From: Candidatus Dojkabacteria bacterium
Lineage (GTDB): Bacteria > Patescibacteriota > Dojkabacteria > B142 > JAFGFJ01
Assembly: GCA_016931155.1 (NCBI GenBank)
Contig: JAFGFJ010000006.1
Coordinates: forward strand, 220,389 to 284,388
Direction: 5' to 3'
DNA length: 64,000 bases
Each line of letters starts with the position of its first letter. Positions within the stretch are counted from its first letter, which is position 1. The position numbers and the translations under genes were made by a program. The notes under the pieces were generated by a model that was not told where the DNA came from, ran no database searches, and was given only the letters and a program-made list of their open reading frames with translations. This document shows, in pieces, positions 48,114-57,170 of the stretch.

Positions 48114-48872
48114 ATGGATAAGAAAAATTTTGCGATTGAAACCACAAACTTGACAGTTTCTATTAATGGAAATAGTATTCTTAATTCTGTTAATTTATCC
48201 ATTGATACTGGTGGGTTTGTCTTTGTTGTCGGACCTAATGGTTCCGGAAAGTCGACTTTGGTAAAAGCTATCATGGGGCTTATTGATATTGATGGGGGTG
48301 AAGTAAAAGTATTTGGGGAAAAAAATACGCAGAAGAATATTGCATCCAATATTGGTTATGTTCCACAGTATGTCGGACTGGATCGTGAGTTTCCAATCAC
48401 TGTTGAGGAGATGATTAATCTGGAATGTGAGGACAAAGGTAAATGTCATAAAGAAATTGGCGAGCATTTTGAGTATTTGGATTCCCATTATTTACTTAAA
48501 AGAAAGATCAATCAGCTTTCGGGTGGTGAAATGCAGAAAGTATTGATAGTTAGAGGGCTTGTTAAAAATCCAGAGATACTTATTCTGGACGAGCCAACGA
48601 GCAATCTCGATACTGCGAGTCATAGGGATTTATATTTGTTACTGGAAAATTTGAACGAAAGGGGAAAAACAATCATCTTCATTTCTCACGATCTAAATGT
48701 TGTAAACAAATTTGCATCAAAGGTGTTGTATCTCTATGAGCACGAAGTAGTCACAGGCGACAGGGAGTCAATTCTTTCTCAGTACAGGGATCTTTTTGAT
48801 AATCGAAGCGATAGTAATATTCACGGATCGAATCATATCAACTATAAGAATCACAAAAACACTGATGGATAA
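48114..48872 (+). CDS. znuC: Zn/Mn ABC transporter ATPase
   Basis: GPNGSGKS, GYVPQ, LSGGE, LDEP. Confidence 0.9.
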   Translation: MDKKNFAIETTNLTVSINGNSILNSVNLSIDTGGFVFVVGPNGSGKSTLVKAIMGLIDIDGGEVKVFGEKNTQKNIASNIGYVPQYVGLDREFPITVEEMINLECEDKGKCHKEIGEHFEYLDSHYLLKRKINQLSGGEMQKVLIVRGLVKNPEILILDEPTSNLDTASHRDLYLLLENLNERGKTIIFISHDLNVVNKFASKVLYLYEHEVVTGDRESILSQYRDLFDNRSDSNIHGSNHINYKNHKNTDG

Positions 48873-49686
48873 TATAGACATAGTTGAAATACTAAAACTT
48901 GAGTTTATGCAGAGAGCAATTATTGGTGGCTTTGTTGTTGCAATGATTACTGCAATGATAGGGGTGTTTGTTACTCTTAGAAAAGAAGCCTTTATTGGTG
49001 ACGGTATATCACATGCTTCTCTAGCTGGGATAGCTCTGGGCTTTTTTATTTCGGTTGCTCCGTTCTGGATGGCAGTCGCTGTCGCAGTTTTTATGGCGGT
49101 TGGAATTACTTTTTTACAGAAAAGATCTACACTTTCATCGGACTCGATAATAGGGGTATTTTTCACTCTTCTTTTTGCACTTGGTATTGTGATTTTTAAT
49201 CTAACACCAGGCTATAGGCCAGAAATTTCCACTTATCTTTTTGGATCAATTCTCTCCATAACCTGGGCGGATATTTTTTATGCCTTTGGAGTTGCGTTTC
49301 TGGTAATTTTATCCTTTGCGCTATTTTACAGGCAGTTTTTGTATACAACGCTGGATTCTGAGGCGGCTTATTTGAGAAACGTAAAAGTGAGGCTGATGAA
49401 TTATTTAATAAGAATCCTGACCGCTATCGTAATAGTCGTGAGTATAAAAGTCGTAGGCGTGATACTGGTGTCTGCGCTTTTGATAATACCTGCATCAGCT
49501 GTAAAGTTGATAGCGAAAAACTTTGGTCAGATGATTCCGCTCACAGTTACTTTCAGTATCTTCGGGACTATGATAGGTCTTTTTATGTCCTATATACTGA
49601 ATCTTCCATCCGGAGCAACAATTGTTCTTGTATTTGGAATAATATTTATGGTAGTTTTTCTCCTTAAAGGTATTCCCAGGGACTGA
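48865..49686 (+). CDS. znuB: Zn/Mn ABC transporter permease
   Basis: GDGISHASLAG, YLFGSIL, VGVILVSALLIIPA. Confidence 0.92.
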   Translation: MDNIDIVEILKLEFMQRAIIGGFVVAMITAMIGVFVTLRKEAFIGDGISHASLAGIALGFFISVAPFWMAVAVAVFMAVGITFLQKRSTLSSDSIIGVFFTLLFALGIVIFNLTPGYRPEISTYLFGSILSITWADIFYAFGVAFLVILSFALFYRQFLYTTLDSEAAYLRNVKVRLMNYLIRILTAIVIVVSIKVVGVILVSALLIIPASAVKLIAKNFGQMIPLTVTFSIFGTMIGLFMSYILNLPSGATIVLVFGIIFMVVFLLKGIPRD

Positions 49687-49755
49687 TATCTCCATTTGGG
49701 TTATTTCTGAAGTTATCGTTATATGTTGTTTGTATCGGGGAAAAAGGAGGCTCTG

Positions 49756-49829
49756 CGGGACCGACCGGATTCGAACCGGCGACCTCTCGCGTGACAGGCG
49801 AGTGCTCTAACCAATTGAGCTACGATCCC
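49756..49829 (-). tRNA. tRNA-Asp(GTC)
   Basis: GGGATCG...CTCGC-CTGTCAC-GCGAG...GGTTCGAATCC; no encoded CCA. Confidence 0.95.
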
Positions 49830-50001
49830 GCAGAGCCTTCAAGAACTTCTTCAAAAGTATACTATTTTTGAAAGACTTTATTTTTCTTTCAAATAGACAA
49901 GCTTCTGATCGAGTTGTGAACCTCCTCTTTAAAAAGAGTGATGAGATTATAACAAAAAGTCATAATAAGTATCCATTTTATTGATGACAAATTGCTTCCG
50001 A

Positions 50002-51303
50002 TTAAATAGTATGATTTTCCTTCTTTTTTTTCTTGAATCCTATTTCCATGGTCAATATCTTTTCCGACGTAAAAATTTTACTGGCAAAGTAAATACAGAT
50101 GCAAACAAGAGCCAGAACATAAATAATCCCATAAATAACCAGGTCGTATCGTTGGAGGAAAATATTGTTTGCTGCAGTAAAGGTATGAGTAAACGGAATA
50201 GCATATATAAAAATTCTCAGTGGGACAGCAAACTGATTGATGTCAAAAAGCATTGTCAGTAAGTAGGGGATTAATACCACTATCATAAGTGGTGTTGTAA
50301 GTGCTTGACTGCTTTTAGTGTCCTCGGCAAAAGATCCAATGATAAAGGCAATCGAAAGTGCTACTAGTATCCCCAAAAATAGACATGCCCCGAGTAGAAC
50401 AAAGTCAGTAAAGCCTAGTGTTAGATTAAGGGATTCGAGAGCCTGCTTTATTCCTTCTGTTTTCACTGAATTCTGCGATTCTCCGGTTATTCCACTTGTG
50501 TAAGATTGAATTCCAATGAGATAAAGAATGGCCATTACTAGAGAAACTGTTCCTGCAGCGAGAAGTTTGGCTGCTACTATCAATTTTCTATTGATAGGTG
50601 TTGATAATAAAGTCTCTAGAGTTTTGTTTTCCTTTTCTGTTGCAATTGCACCTGCAACAAGTTGTGAGGCCAGACTAATAACAAGAAATAATACAATAGG
50701 GATAAAAAGCGTCTGTGAATATAGGTGACTAATAATTGATGTAGGATCAACATTTGTTATCTTGTCTTTGAGAATTACGAAGTTATTTGGTGTAATTGGA
50801 TTTTTTAGAAATATCTGATCAATGCTTGAGACATTTGCCTGAATAAGCTGACTACTGAGATACTCATTGAGAATTGCCGGAATCTGGGTGGTGATTCCTG
50901 AATCTATATTATTGAATAAAGACAAAGAATGGAAAACAGAATATACTTTTATCTCCTGTTGCTTATTCTTTCTGAGATTTTCTTCCGTTGCTTCTGGAAA
51001 GACAATTAAAAACTTTTCTCCATTTTCCTTTATCTGTGTGATTATTTCTTCAGTTGGAGCATCTTTATAATAGTCGACTTTATAATTATTTTGTTTGATG
51101 ATTTCAACAAAGCTGTTAGTAGTCTGACTCTCGTCGAGATCAAGGATAGCTACTGTAACTTCCTTCTCCTGATTTTTTGTTTCGGATCCAATAAATTTTC
51201 CAATGGAAAAAAACAAGAAGGTCATAGCAAAAAAAGGTACTATTACCTGAGGAGACAGCAATTCCCTTAATTCTTTTTTAAATAGCATGAAGAATTTTTT
51301 CAT
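50002..51303 (-). CDS. ABC-2 type (NatB-like) permease
   Basis: KKELRE, EKENKTLETLLSTP, IPFTH. Confidence 0.88.
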   Translation of the reverse strand: MKKFFMLFKKELRELLSPQVIVPFFAMTFLFFSIGKFIGSETKNQEKEVTVAILDLDESQTTNSFVEIIKQNNYKVDYYKDAPTEEIITQIKENGEKFLIVFPEATEENLRKNKQQEIKVYSVFHSLSLFNNIDSGITTQIPAILNEYLSSQLIQANVSSIDQIFLKNPITPNNFVILKDKITNVDPTSIISHLYSQTLFIPIVLFLVISLASQLVAGAIATEKENKTLETLLSTPINRKLIVAAKLLAAGTVSLVMAILYLIGIQSYTSGITGESQNSVKTEGIKQALESLNLTLGFTDFVLLGACLFLGILVALSIAFIIGSFAEDTKSSQALTTPLMIVVLIPYLLTMLFDINQFAVPLRIFIYAIPFTHTFTAANNIFLQRYDLVIYGIIYVLALVCICIYFASKIFTSEKILTMEIGFKKKKKENHTI

Positions 51304-52037
51304 GTCTTATTTGTTTTACTGGTGATTTTTGCAAAGACTTCCTCCAGATTTGCTGCTCTATATTTTTTCTTTAAGAAAACTGGAGTTCCAATTTCAATAA
51401 TTCTTCCTTTGTCAATGATACCAACTTTGTCCGAAAGAAATTCAATTTCAAGCATATTGTGTGATGATAAAAGAACAGACATCCCTATTTTCGACAAGTC
51501 CCTTATCACTTTCCTGATGTAAAGAGCATTGATTACATCAAGTCCGCTTGTAGGTTCATCAAGTATTGCAAGTTTTGGTTTTGTCATTACAGCTCTTGCA
51601 AGTAAAAGTTTACGTGTCATGCCCTTACTGTAAGTTTTAATTTTATCATTAAGTCTCTCTCTTAAATCTGCAATCCCTTCGGCAAATTCCAGGCACTTAT
51701 CTCTCTCCTCCTTTGTGCTTGTGTAAAGAGAGGCCATAAAGTCCAGGTAGTCAATGCCCCGCATGTTCTTATATGCTCCAGCCTCTTCAGGCAAATAAGC
51801 GATTATCTGACGGATTTGACTCGATTGTTTTACCAGATCATTGCCGAAGACAGAAATAGTACCCTCTGTGGGACTGAGTACAGTTGCAACAATTTTTAAA
51901 GTGGTGGATTTTCCTGCTCCATTAGATCCGATAAGGGCAAAGATTTCGTTTTGATTTATTTCAAACTCAATATTGTTTACGGCGATTATTTCTCCGTACT
52001 TTTTTGAAAGATGTTTTACTGATAATGCTTTTTGCAA
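51300..52037 (-). CDS. ABC transporter ATP-binding protein (NatA-like)
   Basis: GSNGAGKS, YSKGM, LDEPTSGLD, SSH. Confidence 0.92.
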   Translation of the reverse strand: MQKALSVKHLSKKYGEIIAVNNIEFEINQNEIFALIGSNGAGKSTTLKIVATVLSPTEGTISVFGNDLVKQSSQIRQIIAYLPEEAGAYKNMRGIDYLDFMASLYTSTKEERDKCLEFAEGIADLRERLNDKIKTYSKGMTRKLLLARAVMTKPKLAILDEPTSGLDVINALYIRKVIRDLSKIGMSVLLSSHNMLEIEFLSDKVGIIDKGRIIEIGTPVFLKKKYRAANLEEVFAKITSKTNKT

Positions 52038-52127
52038 TAATTGTGTTTGGTTAAGCAGTAAATTTAAAACTAATAAATATAAAAATCAAAACTGTCTCTT
52101 GAGATTTTCAGCAACAATATAATTGTC

Positions 52128-52214
52128 TGGTGCTCAGAGAGGGAGTTGAACCCTCACGCCCCGAAGGGCACTGCCTCCTGAAGACAGCGTGTCTACCAAT
52201 TCCACCACCTGAGC
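52128..52214 (-). tRNA. tRNA-Leu(CAG)
   Basis: GCTCAGG...CTGTC-TTCAGGA-GGCAG, long variable arm, CCA. Confidence 0.94.
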
Positions 52215-52263
52215 GCAGAAATATCATAATTATTGCCCACCTCCTTTTTCTTATCTCTTTTAT

Positions 52264-53511
52264 TTAGCTACGTTTTGGGGGCAAGTCTGCTAAATACCGG
52301 CCGTCAAAGCGAAACAATTCATTAATCCCGTTATCTTCTGTGGCTACCAGTGTATCATTTTTGTAAATTGAGACCTTTGATCCAAATCTGAGGTAAGACC
52401 CGACAATTTTCCAGGTCAGACCAGCAATAAAATCAAAAATTTTCTGCAGAATCTTTGGATAATTCTCTGTATCAAGTAAAAGCTTTAGAGTCGGTACTGC
52501 TAACCACGTCTTTATATCTTCAACTTTAATCAGATATTTATCTTTACCGACTTTTCCATCTATATAGTATACTTTTGGTCGCTGATTGTGTGTCTCCTTA
52601 CTATATGGATCATCCCCACGGGTAAGAACCCACTCATCAGCGTTGGCGGAAATTACTGTTCCGTCATTCTGAGCAAGAACCATTGTTTGAACAACTGCAT
52701 CTTTGTACTTTCGAGTTCCTACATTGTAACCAAATAACATCATATACTGTCCCAGTTTACAGCTTAACCAGATCCAGTATGAGAATAGCCCAATCGGTTT
52801 TGTCCCGGCACCCATGTCTGCATAACCATCTCCACTGAGATCAATTTTCTCCTTCTGCCAGATCATGTGTCCCTTTACTTTCGAGAATGGTTGGGGAATA
52901 AGCCAGGCAAGGATGTCATTGAATTCAGATCCCCCGCAATAAAAACCAGTTTTAACTCGATGTGGTCTAACAAGTCCCTTATGCTCAACTACCATTTCTT
53001 CAAGACCTATCTCCGGCAATGAAACTCTTGAGTGAACCAAACCCGGGTTGCCGTTAATTGCTTCTATCAATATTTCTCTTTTTAACCATTCCTTACCTTT
53101 TTTAACCTTACCGTTTACTTTTATATATAAAGATTTATTGCTAAAGCTGACTTCTTCCGGCTTAAATTTTACTTCTTTAACAGAACCTCGTTTGTTTTTT
53201 GGATGAATTTCTATGCGAAAGTATGGAGCCCAGTTCTGCAATTTGTATAGAATAAAATTTTTCGTAACAAATCCAAATACTATTGATAGTTTCTCAGTTT
53301 CTATATGGAAATATCTCCACTCGAGATGGCCTTTCTTTCGAGGTGTTCTTTCTGCGTATTCCCAGTCCTGCATTAAACCGTTTTGGTCAACTTCGTCAAG
53401 ACGGTACATTTTCCGCAACTCTGGACTGTCAGGTAGTCCATATACTATTCCAGGTCTTTCAAGTTTTTCAGTTACTTCTGTGTTTTTACCTATAGTAGAT
53501 TCTTGTTGCAT
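52264..53511 (-). CDS. AttH/CrtC/tocopherol-cyclase-like beta-barrel protein
   Basis: EWRYF, G.GY.D..G...WIW motifs; ATG 53511 preferred over 53604. Confidence 0.55.
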   Translation of the reverse strand: MQQESTIGKNTEVTEKLERPGIVYGLPDSPELRKMYRLDEVDQNGLMQDWEYAERTPRKKGHLEWRYFHIETEKLSIVFGFVTKNFILYKLQNWAPYFRIEIHPKNKRGSVKEVKFKPEEVSFSNKSLYIKVNGKVKKGKEWLKREILIEAINGNPGLVHSRVSLPEIGLEEMVVEHKGLVRPHRVKTGFYCGGSEFNDILAWLIPQPFSKVKGHMIWQKEKIDLSGDGYADMGAGTKPIGLFSYWIWLSCKLGQYMMLFGYNVGTRKYKDAVVQTMVLAQNDGTVISANADEWVLTRGDDPYSKETHNQRPKVYYIDGKVGKDKYLIKVEDIKTWLAVPTLKLLLDTENYPKILQKIFDFIAGLTWKIVGSYLRFGSKVSIYKNDTLVATEDNGINELFRFDGRYLADLPPKRS

Positions 53512-53658
53512 TGCTTGAAGATAAAAAATAAGTGTTGAGCGAATTAAATGCTTCAGAGATATTATATATAAACCCAGGAGGTAATCAATTCCCTCAGCAA
53601 ACAAATTTTAGTGGAAGTTCAGATTGAATGACTTGTCTGTTAAGTTGAGAAGTGAATT

Positions 53659-53744
53659 TGGTGCTGAGGAGAGGAGTTGAACCTCCACACCCTTGCGGGC
53701 ACTACCACCTCAAGGTAGCGTGTCTACCATTCCACCACCTCAGC
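53659..53744 (-). tRNA. tRNA-Leu(GAG)
   Basis: GCTGAGG...CTACC-TTGAGGT-GGTAG, long variable arm, CCA. Confidence 0.94.
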
Positions 53745-53824
53745 ATGGATAATTATATCAAATCAATAAACATTCTTTCATTTCTAAATTCTCCTGTCTA
53801 TAATCTAATATTGAAAATAATAAT

Positions 53825-55414
53825 ATGAAAATCAGAAAACTATTCGCAGATAAATACAAAATTATTTTTATTCTTGCAATTCTTATTCTTATACTTCTGA
53901 GAATTCCGAGTCTTTTTGAGCCTCGCTGGCACGGAGATGAAGGGATTTACGCAGCTGTAGCAAATGAAATGTCTCATGGAGAAAAGCTATATGTTGATGC
54001 GTGGGATCACAAGCCTCCGGCAATCTACGTACTTTACTGGATTGGTAGTCATTTTGGAAATAACAATCTTTTTTTTGTAAAGACATTGAATCTGGTCGCT
54101 GCAATTGGAACTCTTATTTTTATAAAAAAACTGGCAACACAATTTTTCAACAAGAAAGTCAGTTTGATTGTAAGTGCATTGTTTGTACTAATGATTGCTT
54201 CAAAAATATTTGAAGGGAATATTGCAAATGCGGAAAATTTTTTTATGTTTTTCACGACTCTCGGGATGTATCTGTATTTAAATGCCAGGAATTCCAAATC
54301 AAAAGTGTTTTCTGGTCTTTCCTTTTCAGTTGGAGTACTGTTCAAGATCCATCCTCTTTTTGATTTTATTGCTCTGATCTTTTTTATTCTCTTAATTGCA
54401 ATTAGAAAAAAAGAAAAAATTAAGAATCTGGTTTTTGATATGGTCTATGTTGTAACTCCATTTGTGCTGCTTCAACTCTGGACTTTTGTTATTACGGGTC
54501 TTTTAATTGGCAGTTTTTCTGAGTATATATTTACAAATATTACATATAATCTGGGCTATACTGGTTATACTGAAGCAGCAAAGGCTCCATCGATCCTTTC
54601 ATTTGAATCTCTGACCTTCAGAGCAGGACTAACGGTGCTCGTATTTGTGATATCTGGATTTCTCTATTACAGAAAAAAAATCTCGGACAAACTACTTTTG
54701 TTAATTCTCTGGTTTACTGCAGGACTATTTGCCGCATTCCTTTCGGCAAGGGCATATCTTCATTATGCTTTGCAGGTATTGCCTGCCTTTGTTCTTATGG
54801 TTGGTATGATTGTTTACTGGGTAGAAAAGAGCAAGAAGTTGTCAGTAAAGATTCTTCTAGCTCTGGTGCCAATTGTACTATTGATTGGTACATTCTCGGG
54901 CTTTTTCCCAGTAGTAAAAAGCGTTAAAGGTATATTGAAAGAAGACGACCCTGTTTATTATACTAGTTTCTTGAAAAGGGCTATGGGTAAGATTAGCACC
55001 AGAGAATACAACGATGTCTTCGATAAAAAAGTGAATGATATGTACGACCTTATAGAATTTATAAGAGAGTCGGCTGGAGTAGCTGGTAAAGAAAATGACG
55101 GGCAAAGGATATCTGTCTTTCTTTGGGGGAAAAGTGCCTGGTTTTATGACTTAGTGAATGCAGATAATCCAAGCAGATATGTGGTAGATTTCCATATTGG
55201 TTCCAAGCTTGGAAGAAGAAGTGAACTTATGTATGACCTTGAAACTACAAGGCCTGAATTTATTGTTCAGGAAAAGGGAAAGAAGCTTTTTGAAAAAAAG
55301 GGGAATAAACTCAGAGCTGGTCAGAGAAGTCTGGATGAATTTGTAAAAGAAGATTATGAGCTTATTGGAGTTGATATTGGGGGTAGATATATGGTGTACA
55401 GGATAATAAATTAA
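53825..55414 (+). CDS. GT-C (ArnT/PMT-like) membrane glycosyltransferase
   Basis: GDEGIY, WDHKPP, NAENF, HYALQ; many TM helices. Confidence 0.85.
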   Translation: MKIRKLFADKYKIIFILAILILILLRIPSLFEPRWHGDEGIYAAVANEMSHGEKLYVDAWDHKPPAIYVLYWIGSHFGNNNLFFVKTLNLVAAIGTLIFIKKLATQFFNKKVSLIVSALFVLMIASKIFEGNIANAENFFMFFTTLGMYLYLNARNSKSKVFSGLSFSVGVLFKIHPLFDFIALIFFILLIAIRKKEKIKNLVFDMVYVVTPFVLLQLWTFVITGLLIGSFSEYIFTNITYNLGYTGYTEAAKAPSILSFESLTFRAGLTVLVFVISGFLYYRKKISDKLLLLILWFTAGLFAAFLSARAYLHYALQVLPAFVLMVGMIVYWVEKSKKLSVKILLALVPIVLLIGTFSGFFPVVKSVKGILKEDDPVYYTSFLKRAMGKISTREYNDVFDKKVNDMYDLIEFIRESAGVAGKENDGQRISVFLWGKSAWFYDLVNADNPSRYVVDFHIGSKLGRRSELMYDLETTRPEFIVQEKGKKLFEKKGNKLRAGQRSLDEFVKEDYELIGVDIGGRYMVYRIIN

Positions 55415-55415
55415 A

Positions 55416-57170
55416 CTATTTTTTCCTTGTGACCCAGTAGCTGAGATACCTTGAAAAAAGTAGTCTGGTATTGGCATCCAGTCCGGGTATTGCCATAAAA
55501 AATATCGCAACAAATGGATTTAAAAGCCACTGAAAAGGGCTTATCAATTTCTTCAGGAGGCTTTCTTTTCCTTCTTTTAATGGCTGAAGAAGGTAGTTTA
55601 TGAGAATGGTGACAGCAAAGGTCAGAAGTGTCAATCTTATTATGAATGATGACACAACAGGTAGTCTTGCTCCCAGAACAGTATTTCTTAAAATTGGATT
55701 TACAAGTGGCGGGATGTTTCCTCCGATCAGAAGAACAAATCCTACTGTACTTCCAAAAACATGATCTAAAAGTGTGTCGAAACTACGATAAAGCACGTAA
55801 GGTGTCAGTTCACCTTTAAACAGAGCTTTGAAAACAGACTTTATAATAAATTTGTCGTCAGATATTCCCCATGCCCACCTTCTTGTCTGCAGGTAATTAT
55901 TTTTTGTTACTGCAAATAATGTATCTCCTTCTGCTGCATCTGACATAACTTTTAAAAATATAGGGACTGTACTTACCTTGTTTTTATATTTAAACAATGC
56001 TCTATGAAATGTATCCCAGTCCTCTCCAGATGAATTCGGATTCCAGAAGTCTATTCCTTTGGCAAGAAATAAAGGGAAGCAGTATGTTGAAAAGGGGATT
56101 AGTTTATCAGTTCTTATTGTGCGGCTTACGCTATTTGTTACATCAATGGTTGCTTTCATTCTAAGAAAGAACGGAAGTTTCCAGATATTTGCATAAAACA
56201 CTATAGGCGCCCAGTAGAACTTGTATAGCCTGTCAGGGTTCTTTACGAATTCGTATGCAATATATGAATAGTATTGAGCAGGTAATTTGGAATCGGAGTC
56301 ACTGTCAGTTATTAGGGTAAGTTTGTCATCCCATCCAAGTCTTTCTGCTTGCTTGCTTACATACCTCGATGCGTAGTTCATGTTTGCAGATTTTCCTCTA
56401 ATTTCGTCTTCTGAAAGTACATGTCTGGTTACCCAAATATTTTCAAAGATTCCTTCGTACTCCTTTTGCAATTTTCTCCCTATTTCATAACCTGCTGGAA
56501 TAGCTGCCTCACTTGCCAGGCAGACCGATATCCGTCTTATTGGAAAAGTCTGTTTTGCAAGGTACTCCATTGTTTTTTTCATCACTTCATAAGGCTCCAT
56601 AACAAAAGGGATGATGAGGACGAATCTCATATCCTTCCAGTTCGGCAGATCTTTTCTTTTTGATAATTTTTCAAGCTCCTTGATTTCGGACTTCAAGAAT
56701 TTTATTTGTTTTCTTTTTTCAAGCAAGAATGCCAGTCTGTGTAGGAAGCTTGGCAGCTTGTCTATTAAGTGAAGAGATCTTATGTCATCTTTGTCTATTT
56801 TTTCCTTTAGTTCAGCTGAATGCTTTAGGTCAATTTTGAATTGTTTGCTCCATTTCTGTTTTTTTATCCTTGCAAGGTCTTTCTCAAGGTGCTTCACAGT
56901 TGCATCAGGATTTATGGTACTCTCCAGCTTCTTCTGCCAGTCTATTTGCTCACTTGCTCTTATTTTCAGGAAGGAAATAATGAAGTATATACCGGTAGTT
57001 GTTGCTCTGTAGAAAAAATATACGTTGTAAAGGATAATAAAATATGCCGTAAAATCAGGCAGAAGGAATCCTCCCCAAATAGGGAGTGTGATAATTAGAT
57101 ACACAGCGATTGGTACAAATTTTTCAACAATCTGATCTGTTTTTGTCGTTCCTGGTGGAGGAGCCATCAA
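55416..57170 (-). CDS. Membrane glycosyltransferase family 2
   Basis: GKSANMN, DSDS, GEDW, QTRRWAWG (QxxRW). Confidence 0.85.
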   Translation of the reverse strand: MMAPPPGTTKTDQIVEKFVPIAVYLIITLPIWGGFLLPDFTAYFIILYNVYFFYRATTTGIYFIISFLKIRASEQIDWQKKLESTINPDATVKHLEKDLARIKKQKWSKQFKIDLKHSAELKEKIDKDDIRSLHLIDKLPSFLHRLAFLLEKRKQIKFLKSEIKELEKLSKRKDLPNWKDMRFVLIIPFVMEPYEVMKKTMEYLAKQTFPIRRISVCLASEAAIPAGYEIGRKLQKEYEGIFENIWVTRHVLSEDEIRGKSANMNYASRYVSKQAERLGWDDKLTLITDSDSDSKLPAQYYSYIAYEFVKNPDRLYKFYWAPIVFYANIWKLPFFLRMKATIDVTNSVSRTIRTDKLIPFSTYCFPLFLAKGIDFWNPNSSGEDWDTFHRALFKYKNKVSTVPIFLKVMSDAAEGDTLFAVTKNNYLQTRRWAWGISDDKFIIKSVFKALFKGELTPYVLYRSFDTLLDHVFGSTVGFVLLIGGNIPPLVNPILRNTVLGARLPVVSSFIIRLTLLTFAVTILINYLLQPLKEGKESLLKKLISPFQWLLNPFVAIFFMAIPGLDANTRLLFSRYLSYWVTRKK

